The notes beneath the pieces are model-generated. The model worked only from the letters and a program-made list of their open reading frames with translations, made no database searches and was not told the origin of the DNA. A stretch of 64,000 nt of DNA from the NCBI GenBank assembly GCA_944326325.1, contig CALVDQ010000009.1, positions 37,556-101,555 on the forward strand, given 5' to 3'. A program made the translations under genes and the position numbers. This document shows, one piece after another, positions 29,218 to 39,374 of this stretch (within the stretch, counting starts at the first letter, position 1; every line of letters begins with the position of its first letter). The DNA is from an uncultured Bacteroidales bacterium. Lineage in GTDB: Bacteria > Bacteroidota > Bacteroidia > Bacteroidales > UBA932.

Positions 29218-31219
29218 TCATCGTAGCGAAAAACTCTTCGTTGGATACAGTCTTCTCGAGACGGTCCTTGAGGAATTCCATGGCTTCGACCGAATTCATG
29301 TCGGCGAGATAGTTGCGCAGGATCCAGATCCTGTTGCTCTGTTCCTGGGTATAAAGGAGGTCATCGCGCCTTGTGCTGCTCAGGGTGACATCCACTGCAG
29401 GGAAGATGCGTTTGTTGGAGAGTCTCCTGTCAAGCTGCAGCTCCATGTTGCCGGTTCCCTTGAATTCCTCGAATATCACGTCGTCCATCTTGGAACCGGT
29501 GTCCGTGAGCGCTGTGGCGAGGATAGTGAGTGAACCCCCGTTCTCGATGTTCCTGGCTGCCCCGAAGAACCTTTTCGGCTTGTGCAGGGCATTGGCGTCC
29601 ACACCTCCGGAAAGTACCTTGCCCGAAGCCGGCTGGACCGTGTTGTAGGCCCTTGCAAGCCTGGTTATCGAATCGAGGAATATCACGACGTCATGCCCGC
29701 ACTCTACCAGCCTCTTGGCTTTCTCGAGCACCATGTTCGCCACTTTCACGTGCTTCTCTGCAGGTTCGTCGAAGGTCGAGGCCACGACTTCCGCCTTGAC
29801 GCTGCGGGCCATGTCGGTCACTTCTTCAGGACGTTCGTCGATCAGGAGCACGATCATGTAGACCTCAGGGTGATTGTCGGCTATCGCATTGGCTATAGCC
29901 TTGAGCAGCATGGTCTTACCTGTTTTAGGCTGGGCCACGATAAGTCCGCGCTGTCCTTTTCCTATAGGGGTAAACATATCCACGACCCTGCAGGACAGGT
30001 CATTATGTCCGTTGCCGAGCAGATTGAATTTTTCGTTAGGGAAGAGCGGGGTAAGGAAGTCAAACGGAATCCTGTCCCTTATGAATTCTGGGGTACGTCC
30101 GTTGACATACTTGATCTTTACGAGAGGGAAGTATTTGTCCCCTTCTCTCGGCGGCCTGATTTCTCCGGTGACGGTGTCTCCGGTCTTCAGGGCGTTGGTC
30201 TTTATCTGTCCCACCGATACGTAGATGTCGTCAGGGGAGTTCAGGTAGTTGTAGTCGGAAGACCTCAGGAATCCGTAGCCGTCAGGCATTATCTCGAGTA
30301 CTCCGGTGGCTTCAACCACTCCGTCGAATTCTATCTTCTGGTGCTGTGCCCTCTGCTGGTAGCCGTCATCGTACCTTCTTTCCTGATACGGCTGCTGGTA
30401 CCTGTTCTGAGGATAGTTCTGCTGTGCAGGCTGCTGTACCGTGGCCTGCTGCTGTACAGGCTGCTGGGCCGGCTGGTCTGCAGCTGTATTCTCCTGGTTC
30501 ACTGCCACGGCTTCCTCCTGCCCCGGCCTCTGTATTCTCGCCCTCTTTTTCCTTATGTTCTGTGCTGCCTGAGGCTGGTCTTCCTCTGCATCCGCCTTGT
30601 TTTCCTGATCCTGCCGGCTTCCCTGCTGAAGAACAGGAAGCTCTGTCTGCTGCCGATTCTGAGCCGTCTTTTCAGTATTTTCCGTTACTTTGGAATTGTC
30701 CTGGTCCGCCGGCTGTCCTGCAGTCAGGTCCTGCTGGGGCTTTTCCTGCAGCTGCCTCGTTTCCTGGGCATTGCTGCCGTCAGGGCCTCTTTTGCCGCTC
30801 TTCTTCTTCTTTCCGCCCTTTGGCTCCTGTACTGTGACATTATTTCCGTCCGCGCTGCCCTGCGGTTTTGCGCCTTCCTGAGCCTGGGCTTCCGTTTCCG
30901 GTTTCTGTACAGCTTTGCGGCCTCTGCGCTTAGGTGCGGCTTCCGCGGTCTTGGATGTACTCTCTTCCTCAGGTCCGCCCTGTTTCTGGCGTGTGTTATC
31001 GCCTGCCTGAGCCGTACTCTCCTGCTGTGTCTGTTTCTTCGGCCTCCCTCTCTTCGGCTTTTCAGGTGCCGACTGGGCGTTGATGGCAGCCTCCTTGTCA
31101 AGAATCATGTAGGCTATGTCTTTCTTTTCCATCTTCTTGTTTACATGGACACCCAGTTCCTTCGCGATATTGCGGACCTGTTCAAGATCCATATCATTCA
31201 AATCGAAAATATTGTGCAT
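29201..31219 (-). CDS. rho: transcription termination factor Rho with a ~250-aa low-complexity N-terminal insertion
   Basis: 672 aa. Rho_N helix bundle (aa 1-45), a Q/E/K/A-rich insert (aa ~47-294), a cold-shock-like RNA-binding domain ([14 protein letters not shown]), Walker A PKTGKT and a RecA-type ATPase core. Confidence 0.96.
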   Translation of the reverse strand: MHNIFDLNDMDLEQVRNIAKELGVHVNKKMEKKDIAYMILDKEAAINAQSAPEKPKRGRPKKQTQQESTAQAGDNTRQKQGGPEEESTSKTAEAAPKRRGRKAVQKPETEAQAQEGAKPQGSADGNNVTVQEPKGGKKKKSGKRGPDGSNAQETRQLQEKPQQDLTAGQPADQDNSKVTENTEKTAQNRQQTELPVLQQGSRQDQENKADAEEDQPQAAQNIRKKRARIQRPGQEEAVAVNQENTAADQPAQQPVQQQATVQQPAQQNYPQNRYQQPYQERRYDDGYQQRAQHQKIEFDGVVEATGVLEIMPDGYGFLRSSDYNYLNSPDDIYVSVGQIKTNALKTGDTVTGEIRPPREGDKYFPLVKIKYVNGRTPEFIRDRIPFDFLTPLFPNEKFNLLGNGHNDLSCRVVDMFTPIGKGQRGLIVAQPKTGKTMLLKAIANAIADNHPEVYMIVLLIDERPEEVTDMARSVKAEVVASTFDEPAEKHVKVANMVLEKAKRLVECGHDVVIFLDSITRLARAYNTVQPASGKVLSGGVDANALHKPKRFFGAARNIENGGSLTILATALTDTGSKMDDVIFEEFKGTGNMELQLDRRLSNKRIFPAVDVTLSSTRRDDLLYTQEQSNRIWILRNYLADMNSVEAMEFLKDRLEKTVSNEEFFATMNGDKI

Positions 31220-31295
31220 ATATTATAAAGTGTGTTCTTGGAAAAATTCCGGTGAAATTTGGCAAAGGAAAGGAGAATTCCTTTCATTGATTCTG

Positions 31296-31326
31296 CAAAT
31301 ATACAAATTTGATCTGTAAATGCAAA
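31296..31326 (-). promoter_or_regulatory. Bacteroidetes-type promoter for rho (-33 TTTG / -7 TATATTTG on the minus strand)
   Basis: The plus strand reads CAAATATA at 31296-31303 and CAAA at 31323-31326, with a 19-nt spacer. The predicted leader is about 70 nt and contains the 7-bp hairpin GAAAGGA-gaat-TCCTTTC at 31268-31285. Confidence 0.5.
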
Positions 31327-31327
31327 A

Positions 31328-34090
31328 TTAATTGTCCCAGTAGCTGGTACTTTTCTTGAACCGCAGCAGGTCAGCCAGGGCGGCGGCATTGGCCGCGATC
31401 TTGAATGACCACGATTCCCATTGTCCTGAAGGGATCCAGGAGAACGTTATGTTGAAGCAGTGCAGGTCGTAGGTCGCGCTCAGCTGTGTCGTGGACATCT
31501 TGAAGGCCATCAGGTCGAAGTTCGTGGACAGCTGCAGGGACAGGGCCGGCGTGACTTTAACATTGCCCGACACACCCAGGGTCTGGGTATGCCTGTGGTT
31601 GGTGATAAGCTGGCCGTTGGAGTACTGGTAGCTTCTGTTGTAGCTGTAGGAATAGTTGAAGTTCACTGACCACGGGGCGTCGGGATTCATGTAGTACAGC
31701 CATCCTCCAGGGATGTATTCTCCCGTTATCGGATGATAGTATATCTTCGAATACGAGTTCGCCGGATTCCCGCCTGCCTGGGCGCTTCCGTCATTGCCGT
31801 TTATCTTTCCCTCTCCGGAGAGGGAGTAGGAGATGGACGCATTCGCCGAGGTAAGCCTTACCGGTTTTGTCCACCCTTCGGCTATTACGTTGAACTTGTT
31901 GTATCGCTGTCCTCTTTCATTGACGGCGTACGGGTCGAGCACCATGCTTGCGCTGATCCCCACCTTGTTGAATACGGATGTGGACATCGATACGTTTATA
32001 TTGCTGAGCTTCATCGAGTCCGCCAGGAAGTTATATCCGGTGGAGAGGGTGAGCTGGTCGATGAGCTTTATCTTCTTTTCCCCTTTTCCGGTAGTGTCCC
32101 TCAGGTCCCTGACCTTGGCTTCGAGGTTGTTGCTGATGGAAAGGTTCATCGAGGCTGTCTTTCCCTTGGACGGAGGGGAGTAGAGCTGGCCTGCGTAGAT
32201 GTTGTAGTCGACGCTGTGCTGCACCCCGCTGGTATCGGTATAGTTCAGCGTCCTCCATCCGTTGAAGTACTTTCCTTTCTCCGGACTGAAGCTGAAGGAT
32301 ATCGAAGGGGATATCACGTGTCTGATGGCCTGTATCTTACGGTGCTTGCCGAAATTGAACAGACCGTACAGCCTCGTGTTCATGGATAGGCTTCCCGAAT
32401 AGGTGTGCGTGGCCCCGAATGTGCTGAAAAGGTCGCCCTCTATTTCCTCAACCTGGTCGGTGTCCGGGTTGTATACCTGCTCGGTCGACCTGAAGAACCA
32501 GTTCATGCCGTAGCTGATGCTCGGTGTGAAGTTTATGTACTTGAACAGGGTAAAGTTCGGCAGCCCGATCTGGAAACTGTGCGTCATACCGTTCTGGAAC
32601 TTGTTCAGGAAGCCCGGCTGGTTGAATTCCGATGCCTTGAAGTTCACCTTGTTCTGCAGGGTGGTGCTGTATCCGAGGGAGAACTGCTCGTAGAACCTTT
32701 CTTTTCCCACCCTGTTCTTCCTCTTGAACGGATAGAAACGGCTCACGGAGAACGTGAGGTTAGGCAGGGTGAAGGAGTAGGAGCTGTCTATGGAGTTCTG
32801 GTTGTGCAGGGCATTTATGGAGAGGTTGAACTTCCCGTTCCAGTTTTTCGAATAGGAGATGGATGAGGAGATCTGGTTCTGCAGGGCCTCGTCGATCGAA
32901 GTCGAGTTATATCTGTTGTTCGACGGGCTTGAGAAGTTCACCGAGGCGCTGAACGATGTCCCCGGCCTCGCCTTGGAATCCTGCGAGTGGCTCCACTTCA
33001 CACCGAAGTTCCTCATCTGGCTGAAGTCCGTGCTCCCTTTTTCTCCGGTCTGGTCGTTGGAGTAGTTGATGGAGAAGTTTCCGGTGCATTTGTAGTTGAC
33101 CTTGTATCTTGAATCCATCTGCAGGGCCCATGATCCCAGGGTATAGATGTCCCCTGTCAGCGACAGGTCGAAATAGTCCCCGATAACGAAGTACATACCC
33201 GCGTCTCTGAGATAGAAACCTCGTGCGGCCTCCTCGCCGAAAGTAGGCATCAGCAGTCCCGTGGCCCTGTCCGGACGTTTCGGTATGAATCCGAAGGGGA
33301 GTATGACCGGGAAGAGCGGAACATCCTCGATGACCGGATATGCCGGACCGAAAACGGTCTTCTGGGACGGTTTGGTCATCACTTTGGCCGCAGTCAGGTG
33401 GAGGTAGTAGTGGGGATGCTCGGCATCGCAGACGGTATATTTCCCGTTCGTGATGTTGATTGACTTGTCCGGCATCATCTTGATGTTCTTCCCGTGCAGG
33501 ATGCCTTCCTGTTCCTGGGTCACCATATTGCTGATCCTCGCCTTGCCCGTGTCGAAATTGTACCGGAGCTCCTCCATAGTGTACGTCTTGTCCCCCTGGG
33601 TCATGGTCGGCATGCCGGTGATGACTCCGGTAGAGTCCTTGGTGCCTCTCGCATAGACGGTCTTGGTCTGTATGTCGTACTCCATGTAGTCGGCGGCAAG
33701 TTCCATGTTGCCGTACTTGACCTTCACGTCCCCGTAATAGTATATCATCCGCTTGCCGTCCGTGAAATCCTCAATGATCGAGTCCCTTGCCGTTGTAAAC
33801 GCCGGCTGGTCCAGGGAACTCTTGCTCAGAAGGTCCAGTGAGTCCTGTCTGGCAATGGAATCTGCGTATGCTGTGGAGTCAAGTACAGCCTGCATGGAGT
33901 CGCTGACTGCAGGGACAGTATCCTTCCGGGCTTCCCTGGCTTCTATCCGCTCCGCACGCTGCCGGTTGCGACGGGATCTTCTGTCATCCTGCGAGGAGAC
34001 CGTGAACGAACTGAGTATCAACAACACGATCACTGCAAAAAACAGCTTATCCCTATTCCTGTTCAATGGACCTGAGTTATATTGTGACAT
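31328..34090 (-). CDS. lptD: LPS-assembly protein LptD-like outer membrane protein (Bacteroidetes long form)
   Basis: 920 aa. Signal/TM segment, an OstA-like N-terminal beta-jellyroll (GDVKVKYGNMELAADYMEYD), and a long C-terminal beta-barrel with alternating aromatic/polar strands ending ...STSYWDN. Confidence 0.8.
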   Translation of the reverse strand: MSQYNSGPLNRNRDKLFFAVIVLLILSSFTVSSQDDRRSRRNRQRAERIEAREARKDTVPAVSDSMQAVLDSTAYADSIARQDSLDLLSKSSLDQPAFTTARDSIIEDFTDGKRMIYYYGDVKVKYGNMELAADYMEYDIQTKTVYARGTKDSTGVITGMPTMTQGDKTYTMEELRYNFDTGKARISNMVTQEQEGILHGKNIKMMPDKSINITNGKYTVCDAEHPHYYLHLTAAKVMTKPSQKTVFGPAYPVIEDVPLFPVILPFGFIPKRPDRATGLLMPTFGEEAARGFYLRDAGMYFVIGDYFDLSLTGDIYTLGSWALQMDSRYKVNYKCTGNFSINYSNDQTGEKGSTDFSQMRNFGVKWSHSQDSKARPGTSFSASVNFSSPSNNRYNSTSIDEALQNQISSSISYSKNWNGKFNLSINALHNQNSIDSSYSFTLPNLTFSVSRFYPFKRKNRVGKERFYEQFSLGYSTTLQNKVNFKASEFNQPGFLNKFQNGMTHSFQIGLPNFTLFKYINFTPSISYGMNWFFRSTEQVYNPDTDQVEEIEGDLFSTFGATHTYSGSLSMNTRLYGLFNFGKHRKIQAIRHVISPSISFSFSPEKGKYFNGWRTLNYTDTSGVQHSVDYNIYAGQLYSPPSKGKTASMNLSISNNLEAKVRDLRDTTGKGEKKIKLIDQLTLSTGYNFLADSMKLSNINVSMSTSVFNKVGISASMVLDPYAVNERGQRYNKFNVIAEGWTKPVRLTSANASISYSLSGEGKINGNDGSAQAGGNPANSYSKIYYHPITGEYIPGGWLYYMNPDAPWSVNFNYSYSYNRSYQYSNGQLITNHRHTQTLGVSGNVKVTPALSLQLSTNFDLMAFKMSTTQLSATYDLHCFNITFSWIPSGQWESWSFKIAANAAALADLLRFKKSTSYWDN

Positions 34091-34180
34091 TAAATCTCTC
34101 TATATTCGGCAAAAATTCATATTTTTGCAAGACGCAAAGTTAAAACTATTTTTCAAATATTACCAAATGCTATTGCCCGA

Positions 34181-35299
34181 ATGAAGACACAGCGCCATAT
34201 ATCCGGCATTGCCGTCCTGTCGTTTCTTTTCGTTTTGCTGCTGCAGCCTGTTGCCGCGGCGGCAGAGGGAGACGGCCTGCGCCTGAAGACAGTAGTCATC
34301 GATGCCGGCCACGGTGGAAAGGATCCGGGCTGTGTGAGCCGCGACGGCAAGGTGATGGAAAAGACCATCAATCTTGACATCGCCAGGAAGCTCGGAGCCA
34401 AGATAACGGCGGCATATCCCGACGTCAAGGTCATATACACGAGATCCACCGACGTTTTCGTGACCCTGAACAACCGGGCGGACATTGCCAACAGAAATAA
34501 TGCCAATCTTTTCATCTCGATACACGTAAACGCTTCGCCATCCGCCCAGCCGCACGGTTTTTCCACGCATATCCTTGGCAACGGCAAAAGGGACAATTTC
34601 TCGGCCAACATGGACGTCTGCCGGAGGGAGAATTCCGTGATCCTGCTCGAGGATGACTACACGACGGATTACCAGGGCTTCAATCCGGACGATCCGGAGT
34701 CCTTCATCTTCTTTAACCTGATGCAGAGCGCCTTCTACGAACAGAGCCTTGCATTTGCAGCCGAGGCCGACAAGGAGATGAAGAAGGGACCGGTGAAATA
34801 CAGCAGGGGCATCAGCCAGGATCCGCTGTGGGTGCTGTGGAGAACAGGGATGCCCGCTGTCCTTGTAGAGGTGGGGTTCATGTCGAACGCTTCCGACCTG
34901 AAGATCCTGAACACTTCGGCGAACAGGGACGCGATCGCCCAACGGCTTTTCTACGCATTCCGGAGTTTCAAGACCAGATATGACGCAAGTCTGGATTTCG
35001 CTACTGAACAGGCCGTGCAGGACGTGGCCCATACCGGCACCGATGCCGGACTGGCCGTATCCCGGTCTTCGGAAAACGGATTCGGAGTGCAGATTTTCGC
35101 CTTGAGCAAGCGTCTCGCCCCGGGTGACAAGGCCTTCAAGGGTTATGATGCGGTGGCGGTAAGGTCCGGCAATATGTACAAATATATAATAAAGGTATCC
35201 TCGGCAGAAGAGGCAAGGTCGCTTTTCCGGAAGACGAGGAAGATATTTCCAGGATCTTTCCCTGTAAAAATAGAAAACGGCAAGGTGTCGGCCCTGTAG
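34181..35299 (+). CDS. N-acetylmuramoyl-L-alanine amidase (Amidase_3) with a C-terminal SPOR domain
   Basis: Signal peptide, then VVIDAGHGGKDPG and ISIHVNA zinc-ligand blocks. The C-terminal ~75 aa look SPOR-like (FGVQIFALSK...YKYII...). Confidence 0.88.
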   Translation: MKTQRHISGIAVLSFLFVLLLQPVAAAAEGDGLRLKTVVIDAGHGGKDPGCVSRDGKVMEKTINLDIARKLGAKITAAYPDVKVIYTRSTDVFVTLNNRADIANRNNANLFISIHVNASPSAQPHGFSTHILGNGKRDNFSANMDVCRRENSVILLEDDYTTDYQGFNPDDPESFIFFNLMQSAFYEQSLAFAAEADKEMKKGPVKYSRGISQDPLWVLWRTGMPAVLVEVGFMSNASDLKILNTSANRDAIAQRLFYAFRSFKTRYDASLDFATEQAVQDVAHTGTDAGLAVSRSSENGFGVQIFALSKRLAPGDKAFKGYDAVAVRSGNMYKYIIKVSSAEEARSLFRKTRKIFPGSFPVKIENGKVSAL

Positions 35300-35322
35300 G
35301 GGCTGCCGGTTGTCCATAACAT

Positions 35323-36237
35323 TTGACTGTAATGAAAAAGGAACTGAAACTCGGCATATTGGCGATAGCGGTGCTCGTCGCAACCTTCTTTGTCCTGAAC
35401 TTTCTCCGCGGCAAGGATCTTTTCAACCGCGAATACGAACTGATGTCCACCTACACCGACGTTCAAGGCCTTCTGCCTTCTTCTCCGGTGTATATCAAGG
35501 GATTCAAGGCCGGCACAGTGTCGGAAATCACATACGACAAGGAAAAAGGCACATTCGAGGTGCTGTGCACCGTGTCCAGGGACTTTGCCGTTCCGGAGGA
35601 CTCGAAGATGACGATATACAGTGCGGACCTCATGGGAGGAAAGGCGATAAGGATCGACCTCGGGAAGTCATCCGCGATGGCGGAGCCGGGGGCCCGGCTT
35701 GCATCGGCTGTCTCGCCGGATATGCTCTCGTCCATCGCGGCCGGGATAGAGCCGATCATCAGCAAGGGGTCGGAAGTCCTGGAAAATCTCGACAGCGCCC
35801 TGGTCAACCTGAATCTCACCCTTTCTGCGGAGAACAGGGCTTCACTCAGAAGCATCATGGTCAATCTGGACAAGACAATATCCGAGGTTGAGAGCCTGGC
35901 TTCCGCGATAGAAGGCCGTTCGCCGGAAATAGAGGATTTCATATCGAACCTGGACAGCCTTTCGGCCCGCCTTGCGCTCGTGGCCGAGAAGGCGGACTCA
36001 TCCATGTCGGACGTGAACGGGATAACATCCACCCTGCGTAAGGCTGACATCGAAGGTCTCATCGACAGTTTCAATTCCCTGCTTGAAAAAGTCCGTGGCA
36101 GCGAAGGTACGGTCGGCCGGCTGCTGAATGAGGATTCCGTCTATGAATCCATGGATTCCCTGATAAGGGATATCAATTCCCTTGTGAAGAAAATCGAAGA
36201 GAATCCTAAGAAATATCTGCGGATTTCCGTATTCTGA
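35323..36237 (+). CDS. MlaD/MCE family protein
   Basis: 304 aa with an N-terminal TM anchor, an MCE beta-barrel block (VQGLLPSSPVYIKGFKAGTVSEI), and a long helical C-terminus. Confidence 0.85.
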   Translation: MTVMKKELKLGILAIAVLVATFFVLNFLRGKDLFNREYELMSTYTDVQGLLPSSPVYIKGFKAGTVSEITYDKEKGTFEVLCTVSRDFAVPEDSKMTIYSADLMGGKAIRIDLGKSSAMAEPGARLASAVSPDMLSSIAAGIEPIISKGSEVLENLDSALVNLNLTLSAENRASLRSIMVNLDKTISEVESLASAIEGRSPEIEDFISNLDSLSARLALVAEKADSSMSDVNGITSTLRKADIEGLIDSFNSLLEKVRGSEGTVGRLLNEDSVYESMDSLIRDINSLVKKIEENPKKYLRISVF

Positions 36238-36505
36238 GGCATCCTGCCGGTGATTCAGGAGCGAATATCTTATTTGGAATTATTCTAAATATCTAAGGGC
36301 GTAGATTTCAACGATATTAAGGAAATGTTAAGCTGTAATTAGTTTGTTATCAATAATTTATAGCTTAAACGTTTTGCGAAAACGCCAAACGTTTAGAAGT
36401 AAAAAAAAGATAATAAACAATAGGAAAAAGAAATTTTTCTAACTTTTTTTTCCTCATATTTGTGCTCGGTTTTCGATAAGCAACCTGAAATTACAATTTA
36501 GCATA

Positions 36506-37927
36506 ATGTCCCAAGATACCCACATACTCATATGGAACCGCTGTCTTAAAATGATAGGGCAGATCGTGAATCCACGGGCCTTTGAAACGTGGTTCAAACC
36601 GATCACTCCTGTATCGTTTTCTGACGGCGTACTTACCATAAACGTACCTTCGGAATTTTTCCGGGAGTATCTTGAGGAATATTATCTGGATGTGCTGAAA
36701 AAGACCCTCAAGAAGGAGATAGGCGCTGACGCGAAGCTCGTCTACAGTGTGGCTCCGGTCAAGGTGCAGCCTCCGATGGAGTATCCGGCCGCCCATTGCA
36801 ACACTCCGGAGAACAAGCCCATAACCGTACCGACCTACAGGCAGTCCGGAAGTCCGAATCCGTTCGTGATCCCGGGACTCCAGCGGGTGAAGGTGAACAC
36901 GCAGCTCAATCCGAACTACTGTTTCGGGAACCTTGTCATCGGGGAGTGCAACAAGATGGGTGTGACGGCAGGGGAGAGCATAGCCCAGTATCCGGGCAAG
37001 ACAGCCTTCAACCCTCTCTTCCTTTTCGGGGGACCGGGGCTTGGCAAGACGCATATAGCCCAGGCCATCGGTATAGCCATCAAGGAAAAATATCCCGAAC
37101 TCGTGGTGCTGTATGTCCCTGCCAACAGGTTCAAGACGCAGTATATGGATGCGGTGACGGTAAAGAACAACCTTACGGATTTCCTCGCATTCTACATGAG
37201 GATGGATGTCCTGATCATAGATGACATACAGGATCTTTCGTCACCGGGGGCCCAGAACGGCTTCTTCCAGATATTCAATCACCTGCACCAGTCGGGAAAG
37301 CAGCTTATATTCACATCTGACAGACCTCCGGTGGATCTCCAGAATTTCGAGGAGCGGCTGTTGTCCCGTCTGAAATGGGGGCTTTCGGTAGAGCTGCAGA
37401 GGCCGGATTTCGCCACGCGGCTTTCCATGCTGAAGTCCCGCAGCTTCAGGGAAGGGGTCAAACTGAGCGACGATGTGCTGATATTCCTGGCAAGCAGGAT
37501 CACATCGAATTTCAGGGAGCTTGAGGGAGTCCTGATATCCCTTATCGCGAACGCCACTTTCGCCCACAGGGAGATTACCGTGGATCTCGCGGAGAAGATC
37601 ACTGCAAAGCTCATCGGGGAACAGAAGAACGATATCACAATAGATAAGGTCCAGAAGGCCGTGTGCCAGTATTTCAACATTACCATGGACAACCTGTTGT
37701 CGAAATCGCGCAAAAGACAGATAGTTCAGGCGAGGCAGATCGCTATGTACATGAGCCGTAACCTGCTGAAATGTTCCTTGTCCACGATCGGATCGGAGAT
37801 AGGCGGAAAAGACCACTCCACCGTCCTCCATGCCTGCGCCACGGTGCAGGACCTGATGAGCATAGACAAGACCTTCAGGCAATACGTCACTGACATAGAG
37901 AAGATGCTTGTGCCTGCCAAAGGGTAA
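36506..37927 (+). CDS. dnaA: chromosomal replication initiator protein DnaA
   Basis: 473 aa. Walker A GGPGLGKTH, Walker B LIIDDIQ, sensor blocks, and the C-terminal DnaA-box-binding HTH (IGGKDHSTVLHA). Confidence 0.97.
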   Translation: MSQDTHILIWNRCLKMIGQIVNPRAFETWFKPITPVSFSDGVLTINVPSEFFREYLEEYYLDVLKKTLKKEIGADAKLVYSVAPVKVQPPMEYPAAHCNTPENKPITVPTYRQSGSPNPFVIPGLQRVKVNTQLNPNYCFGNLVIGECNKMGVTAGESIAQYPGKTAFNPLFLFGGPGLGKTHIAQAIGIAIKEKYPELVVLYVPANRFKTQYMDAVTVKNNLTDFLAFYMRMDVLIIDDIQDLSSPGAQNGFFQIFNHLHQSGKQLIFTSDRPPVDLQNFEERLLSRLKWGLSVELQRPDFATRLSMLKSRSFREGVKLSDDVLIFLASRITSNFRELEGVLISLIANATFAHREITVDLAEKITAKLIGEQKNDITIDKVQKAVCQYFNITMDNLLSKSRKRQIVQARQIAMYMSRNLLKCSLSTIGSEIGGKDHSTVLHACATVQDLMSIDKTFRQYVTDIEKMLVPAKG

Positions 37928-37936
37928 AGCATTGTT

Positions 37937-39370
37937 ATGGATTCCGAAAAAGTACTCGACCTGTTCAAGGAGATAACCAGAATACCCCGTGAATCAGGCC
38001 ATGAAGAACAGATCATTGTCTTCCTCCAGCAATTCGCCAGGATGCACTCGCTGGAATGCCGGACTGACGAGGCCGGTAATGTCGTCATCATCAAGGAAGC
38101 GGCCCCAGGCTGCCAGGACCGCCCCGTAATCGTACTCCAGAGCCATTCGGACATGGTGTGCGAGAAAAACTCGGGAGTGGAGCACGATTTCTCGAAGGAC
38201 CCAATCAGATATGTGATAGAAGACGGCTGGATGATCGCCAGGGACACCACTCTGGGAGCAGACTGCGGCATCGGCATGGCGGCCCAGCTGGCCGTCCTCC
38301 AGAGCGACATACCGGCGGGAAGGATAGAGTGCCTGTTTACTGTTTCGGAGGAAACGGGGCTCGAAGGGGCGAAGGCCCTGAAACCGGATTTCATCACAGG
38401 CAAGATCCTGATCAATCTCGATTCGGAAGATGAAGGCGAGCTTTTCGTAGGCTGCGCCGGAGGGCTGGACACCACGGCTGTCTTCCGATATGGCGAAGTG
38501 CCGCTCCGTCCGGGGTCCGGGCTGGCCAGGATCCGTATTTTCAACGGTATCGGAGGACATAGCGGGGATGACATAGACAAGGGCCGTGCAAATGCAGTAC
38601 AGCTGCTTGCACGTTTTCTTTACACCCGTCCGGGACTGCAGCTATGCAGGATCGACGGAGGAAACAAGAGAAATGCGATCGCCCGTGAAGCAGAAGCGGT
38701 GGTGGCTGCCGATCCGGATACCCTCCGGGAACTGGTCCGGGCGGCAGGGGAGTTCGGCGCCGAACTCAAGGCGGAATATGCCGTGAGCGATCCGGACATT
38801 TCCGTGGAATGCACCTTGTCTGACTGCGGCCTTTCCGATATGAAAGCTATAGACCCGGCCGTATCTTCGGCCCTGGTGTCCTCGCTGTTCGCGGCCCCGC
38901 ACGGGGTACTGGAGATGAGCAGGGACATCAAGGGACTTGTGGAGACATCCACCAATCTGGCCTCGGTGAAGATGACCGGAAACGGGACCATCCGGGTGGG
39001 AACGAGCCAGCGGAGCTCCGTTACATCCGAGAGACGGGCTGCGGGACAGAAGGTAGAGGCCGTGTTCACCCTTGCCGGGGCGGAGGTCACCCACAGTTCG
39101 GAATATCCGGGTTGGAAGCCGGATCTCGGGTCTGCCCTGCTGAAGGTCTGCGAGGCTTCCTACAGGAGGCTTTTCGGTGTGGACCCTGTGGTCAGGGCCA
39201 TCCATGCCGGCCTTGAGTGCGGGCTCTTCCTTGACAACTGGCCTGATCTTGACATGATCTCGTTCGGGCCAACGCTTCGCGGGGTGCATGCCCCGGGCGA
39301 AAGGCTGGACCTCGCCTCCCTGGACAGGTTCACCGCCCTTCTTGAAGATGTAATAACCCATATCAGATAG
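37937..39370 (+). CDS. pepD: aminoacyl-histidine dipeptidase (PepD, M20C)
   Basis: 477 aa with RESGHEE, LQSHSDMV and GADCGIGMA blocks typical of PepD. Confidence 0.9.
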   Translation: MDSEKVLDLFKEITRIPRESGHEEQIIVFLQQFARMHSLECRTDEAGNVVIIKEAAPGCQDRPVIVLQSHSDMVCEKNSGVEHDFSKDPIRYVIEDGWMIARDTTLGADCGIGMAAQLAVLQSDIPAGRIECLFTVSEETGLEGAKALKPDFITGKILINLDSEDEGELFVGCAGGLDTTAVFRYGEVPLRPGSGLARIRIFNGIGGHSGDDIDKGRANAVQLLARFLYTRPGLQLCRIDGGNKRNAIAREAEAVVAADPDTLRELVRAAGEFGAELKAEYAVSDPDISVECTLSDCGLSDMKAIDPAVSSALVSSLFAAPHGVLEMSRDIKGLVETSTNLASVKMTGNGTIRVGTSQRSSVTSERRAAGQKVEAVFTLAGAEVTHSSEYPGWKPDLGSALLKVCEASYRRLFGVDPVVRAIHAGLECGLFLDNWPDLDMISFGPTLRGVHAPGERLDLASLDRFTALLEDVITHIR

Positions 39371-39374
39371 TGCC

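Noticed and set aside
29582-31228. 548-aa plus-strand ORF antisense to rho
   Set aside because: rho on the minus strand has all its diagnostic motifs. The antisense ORF is Leu/Arg/Phe/Cys-rich and reflects the repetitive CTG/CAG-rich insertion region.
34160-35383. 407-aa minus-strand ORF antisense to the amidase-SPOR gene
   Set aside because: The amidase motifs (DAGHGGKDPG and others) are on the plus strand. The antisense product has no recognisable family.
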